NCBI GenBank assembly: GCA_944350325.1
Contig: CALVOS010000025.1
Location: 1-52,924, forward strand
Reading direction: 5' to 3'
Origin: an uncultured Bacilli bacterium
Lineage (GTDB): Bacteria; Bacillota_I; Bacilli_A; RFN20; CAG-826
DNA length: 52,924 bases
Below, piece by piece: positions 18,032 through 27,142 of the stretch; the first letter of the stretch is position 1; each line of letters begins with the position of its first letter. Both the position numbers and the translations under genes were made by a program. The notes beneath the pieces are model-generated. The model ran no database searches. It worked only from the letters and a program-made list of their open reading frames with translations, and was not told the DNA's origin.

Positions 18032-19029
18032 TGGATGTCCTCCGCGAGAAGCCTGAGCACGTGCTCGAGGACGAGGGCCGGCTGGATGCCGACCTTGATC
18101 TCTCCCTCGCTCGTGAGCACCGTCTGGAGGTCCCTCCCAGGATTCCCCAGCCTTCGGAAGGCGGCGCGCTCGGCCTCATTTCCTTCCCCGGGCATGAGGC
18201 AGGACCTAAGCGCGTTTCCTAGGAATCGTAGGAAGAGGCGCGCGTCCTCCTTGTCCTTCAGGGCAGGAACGACTTCTCGCTCCAGATTATAGACGATGTC
18301 GGCCTTCCTACCACGGAATGCCCTGATCGCGCCCTCGTAGGCAGCCTTGACGGTCCGGAAGGACTTTGAGGAGGCCCTCCTCTTGATCCCTTCGGCGGAA
18401 TTCTCGACGGTCGAAAGAAGAAGGGCCTCCTCCTTCTCAACCCCAAGGGAGAGGGCCTCCTCGACGATCTCGCGCCTGGGGGAGAGGAGGAAGCGTATCT
18501 CCTCGCAGCGCGAACGGATGGTCGGGAGAAGCTTTGAGGAGTTCTCCGTCGTCAGGATGCCGTATACGTTCGGTCCTGGCTCCTCCAGGAACTTCAGGAT
18601 GGAGTTCACCGCGTTCGTCCCCATGTTCTCCACGAGGTGGATCACGTAGACGAGGATGCCTTTCTTCTCGAGGGCCGTCTTGGAGAAGGAGGCGGCGAGG
18701 TCCTGCGCCTGCTCCTTCTTGATGGAGCCAAGGGAACCGTCGATGAGGACGAAGTCCGCATAGCCCAGGGCCTCCTCCTTCCTTGCCTTCGAGGAGAGGA
18801 GAGGGACGCTGTTTTCGACCCTGCGGCAGGTAAGGCAAGTCTCGTCCGCCAGGGGATCGGGATGGTCGCAGAGAAGCGACTTCGCGATGAAGACCGCCAC
18901 TTCCTTAAGGGGGATCCCAGGTTCTCCGGAAAGAAGGAAGGCATGGGGGATCCTTCCGTTTTCAAAGGAGGCAGTCATGAGCCTCAAAGCCATCCTTTGA
19001 CGTTTTTCGAGATATTCCCGAACCTTCAT
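18028..19029 (-). CDS. holB: DNA polymerase III delta' subunit
   Basis: Motifs HAFLLSGEPG, CLTCRRV and LKFLEEP. The chosen ATG at 19029 (MKVREY) lies 1 nt after the tmk stop. Confidence 0.85.
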   Translation of the reverse strand: MKVREYLEKRQRMALRLMTASFENGRIPHAFLLSGEPGIPLKEVAVFIAKSLLCDHPDPLADETCLTCRRVENSVPLLSSKARKEEALGYADFVLIDGSLGSIKKEQAQDLAASFSKTALEKKGILVYVIHLVENMGTNAVNSILKFLEEPGPNVYGILTTENSSKLLPTIRSRCEEIRFLLSPRREIVEEALSLGVEKEEALLLSTVENSAEGIKRRASSKSFRTVKAAYEGAIRAFRGRKADIVYNLEREVVPALKDKEDARLFLRFLGNALRSCLMPGEGNEAERAAFRRLGNPGRDLQTVLTSEGEIKVGIQPALVLEHVLRLLAEDIQ

Positions 19030-19030
19030 A

Positions 19031-19645
19031 TCAAAGCAAAAGGGACACCAAATTCCAAATTTCTTCAAAAACCTTGTCTGGAGAAAGGTTGGCGTCGATG
19101 ACCTTGATCCGTTCCGGGAACATTTCCTTCAGGACGAGGAAGGACTCCCGCACCTTCTCGTGGAAGGAGATTCTCTCCAGGTCGAGGCGGTTCACTTCCC
19201 TCTCCTGGTTCTTGCGGATGCGGCCAAGCCCTGTCTCCGGGGCAAGGTCGAAGAAGATGGTGAGGTCAGGCATCACTCCGTCGAGAGCGAACTGGTTGAG
19301 GGCGAGGACCTTCTCGATCCCGAGGCCTCTCGCGCCTCCTTGGTAGGCGAGGGAGCTATCGACGTAGCGGTCCGAGATTACGATCGTTCCCTCCTTGAGG
19401 GCGGGCTCGATCTTCTCCTTCACGTGCTGCCTCCTTGAGGCGGCGTACAGGAGAGCCTCGGTCCAGGGGTCCATGCCCGTGTTCTTTCTGTCGAGGATGA
19501 TGGAACGGATTTCCTCGCTAATCGGAGTGCCGCCTGGCTCCCTCGTAATCAAGACCCTTTTCCCAAGGGAAGAAAGCCTTTCGCCAAGGCGCTCGATCGC
19601 GGTGCTCTTTCCCGAGCCCTCGCCTCCTTCGAAGGTGATGAACAT
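19031..19645 (-). CDS. tmk: thymidylate kinase
   Basis: [16 protein letters not shown]-loop and DRY motif. Confidence 0.93.
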   Translation of the reverse strand: MFITFEGGEGSGKSTAIERLGERLSSLGKRVLITREPGGTPISEEIRSIILDRKNTGMDPWTEALLYAASRRQHVKEKIEPALKEGTIVISDRYVDSSLAYQGGARGLGIEKVLALNQFALDGVMPDLTIFFDLAPETGLGRIRKNQEREVNRLDLERISFHEKVRESFLVLKEMFPERIKVIDANLSPDKVFEEIWNLVSLLL

Positions 19646-20250
19646 CAGAGCTTCCTCCTTCCCTCAAAGGCCCGCTCCATGGTGAGGTTGTCGACGTATT
19701 CCAGGCTTGAGCCAAGGGAAAGCCCGTAGCCGAGCCGTGTCACTTCCACGTTCTTCCCCTTCAGGAGGTTCGCGATGTACATCGCCGTGGTTTCCCCGTC
19801 GAGAGTGGGCTCCGTCGCGAGGATGACCTCCCGGAAGCCTTCCTTTTCGACCCGCTCGAGAAGCGCGTCGATCTTCAAATCGTCCGGATCGACCCCTTTG
19901 GAAAGGGCGATCGAGCCGCCAAGCACGTGGTATAGCCCATGGAAGGAGCCGCTTCCTTCAATCGGATAGTAGTCCTTGGGGTCGCTGATGACGCATAGCG
20001 AGCGCTGGTCGCGCTCGGAATCCTCGCATATGGCGCAGGCGCCCTCCCGTTCCGTCATCAGCCCGCACCTCGGGCAAGGATGCACGGACTCCTTTGCCTT
20101 CCGGATGCTTTCGGAGATCTCCTCTGCCTTTTCCTCGTCCATCCTGAGGATGGCGAAAGCGAGCCGCTCCGCCGAGCGGGCCCCGATGCCGGGGAGGAGG
20201 GCGAGGGCAGCCTTCAGCCTCTCGAGAGCGGGAAGGTCCTTCCGTTCCAT
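19645..20250 (-). CDS. recR: recombination protein RecR
   Basis: Helix-hairpin-helix [14 protein letters not shown], zinc finger CPRCG...CAIC, and a Toprim domain. Confidence 0.93.
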   Translation of the reverse strand: MERKDLPALERLKAALALLPGIGARSAERLAFAILRMDEEKAEEISESIRKAKESVHPCPRCGLMTEREGACAICEDSERDQRSLCVISDPKDYYPIEGSGSFHGLYHVLGGSIALSKGVDPDDLKIDALLERVEKEGFREVILATEPTLDGETTAMYIANLLKGKNVEVTRLGYGLSLGSSLEYVDNLTMERAFEGRRKL

Positions 20251-20556
20251 CTAGAAGGGGAGGCCTGTCTTCCCGGTGACCTGCTCCTCGATCTCCTGCT
20301 CTTCCTTCTCGATGAGGCGAAGCCCCTCGTTGATCGCGGCCTTGATGGAAACCTCGATCATCTCCCGATCCTCGATGAGAGCCTCGGGGTCGATATGGAT
20401 CTCCTTGACCTCCTTATTTCCCGTGAGGACGACCTTCACGAGCCCGTTCTTATCGACGGGGAACTCCTTCTTCATGAGCTCCGCGCGCATCTCGTTCAGC
20501 TTGCGCTGCATCCTTTGCGCTTCCTGGAGCATCCTTTGCATCTGGTTCATACGCAC
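20251..20556 (-). CDS. ybaB: YbaB/EbfC nucleoid-associated protein
   Basis: 101 aa with the typical MQRMLQEAQRMQRKL N-terminus. It sits in the conserved position between dnaX and recR. Confidence 0.9.
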   Translation of the reverse strand: MRMNQMQRMLQEAQRMQRKLNEMRAELMKKEFPVDKNGLVKVVLTGNKEVKEIHIDPEALIEDREMIEVSIKAAINEGLRLIEKEEQEIEEQVTGKTGLPF

Positions 20557-20562
20557 TCCTTC

Positions 20563-22218
20563 CTAGTCCTTCGGCAGCGTGGGCGCCTCCTCGATCGAAG
20601 GGAGGATGCCCGCCACCTTCAAAGAGTTGAACTTTATGTAAATCCCGCCACGGACCTCGGGCCTCAGGGCGTAGAGGAACACCTCATGCCCGAGCAGCCT
20701 TCCGATGAGCTTCCTCAGCTGCGGCTGGTTGCCCTTGATGTTCGCCTTCCTCGCGTCCGTGGGATGGTCGAACTGGACGAGGAGGCATTCGTCGCTCAAC
20801 GCGTAGGGCTTGCCATTGAGGAGGAGCGTCGCGAAGAGACCGGCGTTCGGATCGTCCTGGATCTCGGCGAGAAGCCCCCATTTCTGGGAAAGCTCGGCCT
20901 TTTCCGCCTTGTTGGCCATGGCCCGGTTCATCACCTTGATGAGGTCATCTTCCTCAAGCTGGTATTCCTCCCCTTCCGTGAGGAGGGGGGCCGAGCCGAA
21001 TCCTTCCAGGTCGATCGGGCATTCCCTGGGCGCCGGGGCGGCCTCTTCCTTGGGGGCGGGTTCCTCTTTCCTATCCTCTTCCCGAGAGACGGTCCTTGGC
21101 CTGGGGGGCTCCTCCTTCGGCGCGGGAGCCTTGGGGGCGTCCCTCTCGCCGTCCGTCATCCTGAGGAGGGTCAGCTCGAACAGGTTCCTCAGGTCGTCGA
21201 CGCGGGAGTAGAGGGATTCCGCCTCGACGAGGGAGAGGATCGCTTCCTCCGCCTTCGCAGGGCCAAAGGCGGACAGGAGGTCCTTGCATTCCTCCTCCCC
21301 GAGCCTTCCAAGGAGGGATGGGTCCTTCGTCTTCTCGTAGATGATCGCGTCCTTCAGGATCTGGACGAGGTCCTTGCTGAGGCGCCGGAGGTCGATTCCT
21401 CCGGCCAGGTAGCCCTCGCACCTTCCGATCACCTCGGAAGCGTTCCCGGAGGCGATCGCCTTGAGGAGGGCGATCCTCTCCTCCTTGCTCGTGAGGCCGT
21501 AGACGGAGAGAAGGTCGTGGATGTTGAGCGAGTTCCCGGAGTAGGCGAGCATTTGGTCGGCGATGGAGAGGCAGTCCCGCATCCCTCCGTCGGCAAGGTC
21601 GATGACGGCGTCGATCGCCTCCCCCTCGTATCCCGCGCCTTCCTTGACGAGCACTTCCTCCAGCTTCGTCCTCATCTCCTCCTCGCTGAGCTTATGGAAC
21701 TCATAGCGCTGGCAGCGCGAGAGGATTGTCGGAAGCACCTTGTGGGGCTCGGTCGTGCAAAGGATGAAGATGACGTTGGCCGGCGGTTCCTCCAGGGTTT
21801 TCAGGAGCGCGTTGAACGCGGCGGCCGACATCATGTGGACTTCGTCGATGATGTACACCTTGTAGCGCGACTTGATGGGCGCGTAGCCGACGTGGTCGAT
21901 GAGCTCCCTCACCTGGTCGACCCCGTTGTTCGAGGCGGCGTCGATCTCGATGACGTCGGGGTGGCCCCCTTCGGCGATGAGGCGGCAGTTCTCGCATTCC
22001 CCGCACTGGCAGCCGACGCCCTTCTCGCAGTCCAGCGCCTTGGCGAAGAGCCTCGCCATCGAGGTCTTGCCGGTCCCGCGGGGCCCGCTGAAGAGATAGG
22101 CGTGGCCGATCTTCCCGCTGGAAAGGGACTTCTCGAGCGTCTTGACGACGGCCTTCTGCCCGGCGACCTCGCCGAAGGTCTGGGGCCGGTACTTTAGATA
22201 GAGAGCGCGATAGGACAT
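20563..22218 (-). CDS. dnaX: DNA polymerase III tau subunit
   Basis: Motifs YRPQTFGEVAGQ, GPRGTGKTS, IIDEVHM and SRCQRY. Confidence 0.93.
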   Translation of the reverse strand: MSYRALYLKYRPQTFGEVAGQKAVVKTLEKSLSSGKIGHAYLFSGPRGTGKTSMARLFAKALDCEKGVGCQCGECENCRLIAEGGHPDVIEIDAASNNGVDQVRELIDHVGYAPIKSRYKVYIIDEVHMMSAAAFNALLKTLEEPPANVIFILCTTEPHKVLPTILSRCQRYEFHKLSEEEMRTKLEEVLVKEGAGYEGEAIDAVIDLADGGMRDCLSIADQMLAYSGNSLNIHDLLSVYGLTSKEERIALLKAIASGNASEVIGRCEGYLAGGIDLRRLSKDLVQILKDAIIYEKTKDPSLLGRLGEEECKDLLSAFGPAKAEEAILSLVEAESLYSRVDDLRNLFELTLLRMTDGERDAPKAPAPKEEPPRPRTVSREEDRKEEPAPKEEAAPAPRECPIDLEGFGSAPLLTEGEEYQLEEDDLIKVMNRAMANKAEKAELSQKWGLLAEIQDDPNAGLFATLLLNGKPYALSDECLLVQFDHPTDARKANIKGNQPQLRKLIGRLLGHEVFLYALRPEVRGGIYIKFNSLKVAGILPSIEEAPTLPKD

Positions 22219-22225
22219 TGCCTGA

Positions 22226-22231
22226 ATTATA
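22226..22231 (-). promoter_or_regulatory. -10 hexamer TATAAT, leaderless-type promoter of dnaX
   Basis: The minus strand reads TATAAT-tcaggca-ATG (7-nt spacer). No SD. Confidence 0.5.
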
Positions 22232-22275
22232 GATTCCGATGGCGCTCCTCACTAGTGAGGAAGCCTTGGAGGCAA

Positions 22276-22284
22276 TGGTATACT
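22276..22284 (+). promoter_or_regulatory. extended -10 (TGGTATACT) of prfA
   Basis: The hexamer ends 9 nt before the ATG at 22294. Confidence 0.45.
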
Positions 22285-22293
22285 CGCGAGGCT

Positions 22294-23391
22294 ATGGAAG
22301 AGAGCATGCGCAAGCGGCTGGAAGCCGTGACAGTTCGTTACGAGGAGATCGAGCGGGAGCTGGAGGACCCCTCCCTTTCGGAGGACATCCATCGCCTTAC
22401 CGCCCTGTCCAAGGAGCAAAGCGGTCTCCGGAGCGCCTATGAGAAGTACGCCCGCTACCGGAAGATGGAGGAAGAGCACCAAGAGGCCATGGAGGCCATC
22501 CTCTCCGGGGAAGAGGATCTCGCCGAGCTAATGAAGGCCGAGCGGAAGCGCCTGGAGGAGGAGATGTCCGCCCTTGAGGAGGAGCTCCGGACAGACCTCC
22601 TTCCGGTCGACCCGAACGATTCGAAGAACATTATCGTCGAGATCCGCGGGGCGGTCGGAGGGGACGAGGCGAACTTGTTCGCCGGCGATCTCTTCCGCAT
22701 GTACTCCCGTTATGCGGAACGGCAGGGATGGAAGATACAGGTCCTTGACGTCGAGGAAGGCGCGGCAGGCGGATATTCCCGCATTTCCTTCATGGTCAAA
22801 GGGGAAAACGTATATTCCAAGCTCAAGTTCGAGAGCGGCGCCCACCGCGTCCAGCGCGTTCCTAAGACGGAGGCCCAGGGGCGGATCCACACATCCACGG
22901 CGACCGTCCTCGTCATGCCGGAGGCGGAGGAGGTCGACGTCGAGATCAACCCGAGCGACCTGAAGATCGACACCTACCGCAGCCAGGGCGCCGGCGGACA
23001 GAATGTGAACAAGACGGAGTCGGCGGTCCGGATCACCCATATCCCCACCGGCCTCGTCGTCTCCTGCCAGACGGAGAAGGCCCAGCTCCAGAACAAGGAG
23101 ATCTGCATGCGGATGATCCGCGCGAAGGTCCATGACTTCTACCAGTCCCAGCAGGACGAGGCGCGGGCGAACGAGAGGAAGCTCAAGGTCGGGACCGGCG
23201 AGCGGAGCGAGAAGATCCGTACCTACAACTATCCGCAGAATCGCGTCACCGACCATCGCATCGGGTTCACCATCAACCAGCTCGACCGCGTGATGGAAGG
23301 GGAGCTCGACCCCGTCATCGAGGCGCTTGTCCACTTCGACCAGGAGCAGAAGATCCTCGAGGCGGAGGCTGCGGATGCCGACCATCGCTGA
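22294..23391 (+). CDS. prfA: peptide chain release factor 1
   Basis: PTEAQGR (PxT-type) and GAGGQNVNK (GGQ) motifs. The start is 22294 (MEESM) or 22306 (MRKRLEAV). Confidence 0.92.
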   Translation: MEESMRKRLEAVTVRYEEIERELEDPSLSEDIHRLTALSKEQSGLRSAYEKYARYRKMEEEHQEAMEAILSGEEDLAELMKAERKRLEEEMSALEEELRTDLLPVDPNDSKNIIVEIRGAVGGDEANLFAGDLFRMYSRYAERQGWKIQVLDVEEGAAGGYSRISFMVKGENVYSKLKFESGAHRVQRVPKTEAQGRIHTSTATVLVMPEAEEVDVEINPSDLKIDTYRSQGAGGQNVNKTESAVRITHIPTGLVVSCQTEKAQLQNKEICMRMIRAKVHDFYQSQQDEARANERKLKVGTGERSEKIRTYNYPQNRVTDHRIGFTINQLDRVMEGELDPVIEALVHFDQEQKILEAEAADADHR

Positions 23392-24220
23392 GGAAATCTC
23401 CCGCGCCCTCCGGCTTGGGAAGGACAAGGGGGTTCTTGCAGTCGACCTTCGGCTGCTCATCCGCGCGAACGAAGGGTTCAAGGACCAGATGGACGTCTTC
23501 CTTCATCGTGACGAGGAGATGAAGGACCCCGCGCTTTTCCGCGCCCAGGTGGAGCGGCTTCTTTCGGGAGAGCCCGTGGAGCTGATCCTCGGGGAGGCCG
23601 AGTTCCTCGGCCATCGCCTCAAGGTGACGAGGGACACGCTAATCCCTCGCGGCGAGACGGAGGAGCTCGTCGCCCTCCTCACGCAGATTGCGCCCCGCTA
23701 CTGGGACGCGAGGAACTTCCTTGTCTGCTGCGACATCGGGACGGGGAGCGGAGCGATCGCGATCGCCTTGAAGGCCCAGTTCCCGAACTGGGTGGTGTCC
23801 GGGACGGACATCAGCCAGGCTGCCCTGGAGGTCGCTAGGGAGAATATCGAAAGCGAGGGACTCCCGATTCGCCTGTTCCAGGGAGACGCCCTTGAGCCTC
23901 TCATCCGGGAGAACATCGCCGCGGACATCATCGTCTCCAATCCGCCCTACGTCCTTTCGCCGGAGGAAGCCCAGCCGAGCGTAAGGGACTATGAGCCTTC
24001 CTCGGCCCTCTACTTCAATCCGGACGACAACATCTACGAGAAGGTGATCCGCGACGTCCGGAAGGTCAAGAAGGGGGCGCTCCTCCTCGCCTTCGAGATC
24101 GACCCCGGCCTCAAGGACTACCTGGACGGGCTGATGTCGCGCTACCTGAGCGACTACGAGTGCACGTACAAGGAAGACCTCAACGGCTTCCTTCGCTTTC
24201 TCTTTATCTACTTGAGGTAG
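23375..24220 (+). CDS. prmC: release factor glutamine N5-methyltransferase
   Basis: DIGTGSGAI (SAM binding) and VSNPPYV motifs. It overlaps the prfA end by 17 nt. Confidence 0.88.
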   Translation: MPTIAEEISRALRLGKDKGVLAVDLRLLIRANEGFKDQMDVFLHRDEEMKDPALFRAQVERLLSGEPVELILGEAEFLGHRLKVTRDTLIPRGETEELVALLTQIAPRYWDARNFLVCCDIGTGSGAIAIALKAQFPNWVVSGTDISQAALEVARENIESEGLPIRLFQGDALEPLIRENIAADIIVSNPPYVLSPEEAQPSVRDYEPSSALYFNPDDNIYEKVIRDVRKVKKGALLLAFEIDPGLKDYLDGLMSRYLSDYECTYKEDLNGFLRFLFIYLR

Positions 24221-24225
24221 GAAGG

Positions 24226-24843
24226 ATGAAAAGGTTCGGGCGAGGCGACATCGAAGGGGCCGCGGAGGTCCTTCGCGGGGAAGGAGTCCTTGTCTTTCCG
24301 ACGGAGACGGTTTACGGAATCGGGGTGCGCCATGATTCCGAGAATGCCTACCGGCGGCTTGTCGAGGCAAAGAGAAGGAGCCCAGATAAGCCCATCTCCC
24401 TGATGTGCTCTTCCCTAGGGGAGGCGCTTTCGCTTGTTAAGCCTGACCAAAGGGCAATCTCGGTCATGAAGAGGTTTCTCCCGGGCGAACTCACTGTTCT
24501 TGCCAGGGGGAGGGATGGGCTTCCCTGGTGGAATGATCTAAGGACGGGCGTGGTCGGGATCCGCGTCCCTGGCTCTTCTGAAACGAGAAGGCTTCTTTCC
24601 CTCGTCGGGAGTCCCTGCCTCGTGACCTCCGCGAACATCTCCGGGGAGCCTCCAGCGAGGACGTTCGAGGAAGCTGTGTCATATTTCGCCGATTCCGTGG
24701 ACGGGATCATGGAGGGCGTCGTAGCGAGCGGAACGCCTTCCACGATCGTCGATCTTTCGAAGGAAGGGGATCCCCGGCTGGTTCGGGAAGGGGCCCTTCC
24801 TTTCGCGGATATACTTCGTTTCATCAAGGAGGACAACCTATGA
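24226..24843 (+). CDS. tsaC: L-threonylcarbamoyladenylate synthase (TsaC/YwlC, Sua5 family)
   Basis: FPTETVYGIG and SANISGEPP motifs. A GGAAGG SD is present. Confidence 0.85.
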   Translation: MKRFGRGDIEGAAEVLRGEGVLVFPTETVYGIGVRHDSENAYRRLVEAKRRSPDKPISLMCSSLGEALSLVKPDQRAISVMKRFLPGELTVLARGRDGLPWWNDLRTGVVGIRVPGSSETRRLLSLVGSPCLVTSANISGEPPARTFEEAVSYFADSVDGIMEGVVASGTPSTIVDLSKEGDPRLVREGALPFADILRFIKEDNL

Positions 24844-25286
24844 GAATCGCCCTGGCTTCTGATCATGCTGGATACGCGCTTAAGGAGACCATCCGCAAGC
24901 ACCTTCTGTCGAAGGGTTACGAAATCTCGGATTTTGGTACAGATTCTGCTGAGGTTTCCGTTGACTATCCCATTTATTCCGAAAGGGCGGCAAGGGCCGT
25001 CGCCTCTGGGGAATGCGAGTTCGGGGTCCTTTGCTGCGGGACTGGCGAGGGGATCATGATCGCCGCGAACAAGATCAAGGGCGTCCGCTGCGGGATTGGC
25101 TACGACATTGAGGTCAGCCGCCTAATCCGCCGCCACAACGACGCGAACATGATCTCCTTCGGGGCGCGCTTCATGGACGAGAGGGAAGTCATTCTTCGTC
25201 TCGACGCCTTTCTCAGCACCCCGTTCGAAGGCGGGCGCCATAAGAAGAGGGTCGACGAGATCTCCAGGCTGGAGACGGAAGACTAG
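24840..25286 (+). CDS. rpiB: ribose-5-phosphate isomerase B
   Basis: MRIALASDHAGYALKE and CGTGEGIMIAANK motifs. Confidence 0.9.
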   Translation: MRIALASDHAGYALKETIRKHLLSKGYEISDFGTDSAEVSVDYPIYSERAARAVASGECEFGVLCCGTGEGIMIAANKIKGVRCGIGYDIEVSRLIRRHNDANMISFGARFMDEREVILRLDAFLSTPFEGGRHKKRVDEISRLETED

Positions 25287-25314
25287 GGCATAAGATTCCC
25301 CATGCGCCCTATAT

Positions 25315-26484
25315 GTGGGCGTGGAAACCTACGTTTGTCCGCGCTGCGGGAACCAGGACGAATCCTTTCTGGGAAGGAACAAGCAGGGGAGGATCTACTG
25401 CAGGAGATGCCTTTCCTTCAACGGTTCTCCTGCCAAGCCGAACCTTGTTCGCTCGCTAGATTCCGTACTATCCCTCTCCTATGAGCTTTCGGAGGACCAG
25501 AAGCGGCTATCCCGACGTCTCATCGAGAACTTTCTCGCGGGTAGGGACAGCCTCGTGCATGCCGTATGCGGCGCCGGGAAGACGGAAATCGTCCTCGGAG
25601 TTTTCGAGCTGGCGTTGAGACGGGGCCTCCAATGCGGGTTCGCGGTCCCAAGGAGAGACGTCGCCATCGAGCTTCACGGGCGACTTGCCTCCGCCTTCCC
25701 CGGGATCCGCTGCACGCTTGTTCATGGTGGGAGGACGAACGAGCTGACGGGGGACCTCATCGTCCTGACGACGCACCAGCTCTACCGCTACGAACAATAT
25801 TTCGATCTTCTTGTCGCCGATGAAATCGATGCCTTCCCCTATCGCGGGGACTTCGTCCTCGAATCCTTTCTCCGTCGTTCGGTGAGGGGAAGGATCGTCT
25901 TCATGAGCGCGACGCCTCCTCCGGAAGTCCTCCAAGAGTTTTCCGAGGAGGGAAGGGAAATCCTCAGGCTGGACACGAGGTTTCATGGACATCCCATCCC
26001 CGTGCCACGGTTCGTCGAATCCTTGTCCATCGTCCAGCCTTTCCATGCGGCGTATTTTGCAAGGCGCTACATCAGGCAGGGGAAGCCGGTGTTCCTCTTC
26101 ACCCCTACGATCGGGGAATGCGAAAGGTGCTACCGGCTGATTTCGCCCTTCCTTTCTGGGGGCGCGTTTGTTCATAGCGAGCATCCTGAAAGAACAAGGA
26201 TCATCCATGACTTCCGGGAAGGAAGGCTCCGCTACCTGGTGACGACATCAGTCCTGGAGAGGGGAGTCACCGTTAAGGGACTTCAGGCGCTAATCATCCA
26301 CGCCGACCAGGAGGCGATCTACGACAGGGCCACCCTTGTCCAGATATCCGGCAGGGTTGGGCGTAAGAAGGATGAGCCTCAAGGTGATGTCCTCTTTCTT
26401 GCGGAGCGGAACACGGAGGCGATGAAGGGGGCGGTGGATGAGATCAAGAAGTCCAACGAGGCGCTGTCTCATATGCGGGGCTGA
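25315..26484 (+). CDS. comFA: ComFA-like DEAD-box helicase
   Basis: N-terminal 4-Cys finger (CPRCG...CRRC), Walker A AVCGAGKTE, DEID box and helicase C motifs. GTG start at 25315 or 25321. Confidence 0.8.
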   Translation: MGVETYVCPRCGNQDESFLGRNKQGRIYCRRCLSFNGSPAKPNLVRSLDSVLSLSYELSEDQKRLSRRLIENFLAGRDSLVHAVCGAGKTEIVLGVFELALRRGLQCGFAVPRRDVAIELHGRLASAFPGIRCTLVHGGRTNELTGDLIVLTTHQLYRYEQYFDLLVADEIDAFPYRGDFVLESFLRRSVRGRIVFMSATPPPEVLQEFSEEGREILRLDTRFHGHPIPVPRFVESLSIVQPFHAAYFARRYIRQGKPVFLFTPTIGECERCYRLISPFLSGGAFVHSEHPERTRIIHDFREGRLRYLVTTSVLERGVTVKGLQALIIHADQEAIYDRATLVQISGRVGRKKDEPQGDVLFLAERNTEAMKGAVDEIKKSNEALSHMRG

Positions 26485-27109
26485 GTCCTGCTCCCCGGGA
26501 TGGCACTCCCTTTTGGAGAAGGACCGCGGCATTTGCCAGAGCTGCTTCGCCAGGCTCTCGCCATCCCTTCGCTCCTTTTCCCTGGGGGGATGGAAGGCCT
26601 ACTACCTATATGACTACGGCGAATTCTTCCGCTCGCTCCTCTATCTCTTCAAGGGATGCGGAGACTATGCCCTCGCCCCTGTGTTCCTCCTTCCTCTCGC
26701 CCCCTTCCTCAGCCTCCGCTTCCTTGGAAGGGTCCTGGTTCCTGCGCCTTCCTCCACCGAGGGGGACAGCAAGCGCGGCTATAACCACGTGATTGAGATA
26801 TTCCGCAAATTATCCCTGCGAATGGAGCCTATTTTTCAAAAAACATCCTCTGTGAAGCAAAGCGACCTTTCCGAATCCGAGAGAGGGAAAGTCCGCGATC
26901 GGCTTGCCTTCCTCCCTGGGAAGGAGTGTGTTCCGAAGGGAGGGAGGTTCCTTCTTGTGGACGACGTTGCGACAACAGGATCCACCCTCCTGGCGATGAG
27001 GGGAATGCTCCTGGAGAAAGGGGCGAGGGACGTCGCCGCGCTTGTCTTAGCCCATGTCGAGAAAAAGGGCGGGAACGCTATTGCTTTTGCCCCGGAGGAG
27101 GGGCAGTGA
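26438..27109 (+). CDS. comFC: ComFC-like phosphoribosyltransferase-fold protein
   Basis: N-terminal Cys pairs (CLICG...CQSC) and the PRPP motif LLVDDVATTGSTL. Confidence 0.8.
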   Translation: MRSRSPTRRCLICGAESCSPGWHSLLEKDRGICQSCFARLSPSLRSFSLGGWKAYYLYDYGEFFRSLLYLFKGCGDYALAPVFLLPLAPFLSLRFLGRVLVPAPSSTEGDSKRGYNHVIEIFRKLSLRMEPIFQKTSSVKQSDLSESERGKVRDRLAFLPGKECVPKGGRFLLVDDVATTGSTLLAMRGMLLEKGARDVAALVLAHVEKKGGNAIAFAPEEGQ

Positions 27110-27115
27110 TAATAT
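27107..27115 (+). promoter_or_regulatory. extended -10 (TGATAATAT) of secA within the palindrome GTGATAATATCAC
   Basis: Followed by a 27-nt leader carrying a GGGAGG SD. The 13-nt palindrome (27106-27118) overlaps the -10. Confidence 0.45.
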
Positions 27116-27142
27116 CACTGAGCCTTTGGGAGGAACTTTCGA

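Noticed and set aside
20080-22197. 705-aa plus-strand ORF antisense to dnaX
   Set aside because: dnaX on the minus strand has all clamp-loader motifs. The antisense product is low-complexity (L/E/D/R/G-rich). High-GC artefact.
22219-22293. Possible replication origin or SRP RNA at the dnaX/prfA strand switch
   Set aside because: The spacer is only 75 bp and is fully accounted for by two back-to-back -10 elements. It has no DnaA boxes (TTATCCACA) and no SRP RNA domain IV motif. The AT-rich spacer at 45.6-46.2 kb also lacks good DnaA boxes.
25302-25484. 60-aa ORF with a TAAGAT -10 located 5 nt upstream of its ATG, overlapping the comFA start
   Set aside because: The translation is featureless and out of frame with the clear ComFA zinc finger and helicase. 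The signal more likely belongs to the comFA promoter, and the comFA start remains ambiguous (GTG 25315 or 25321).
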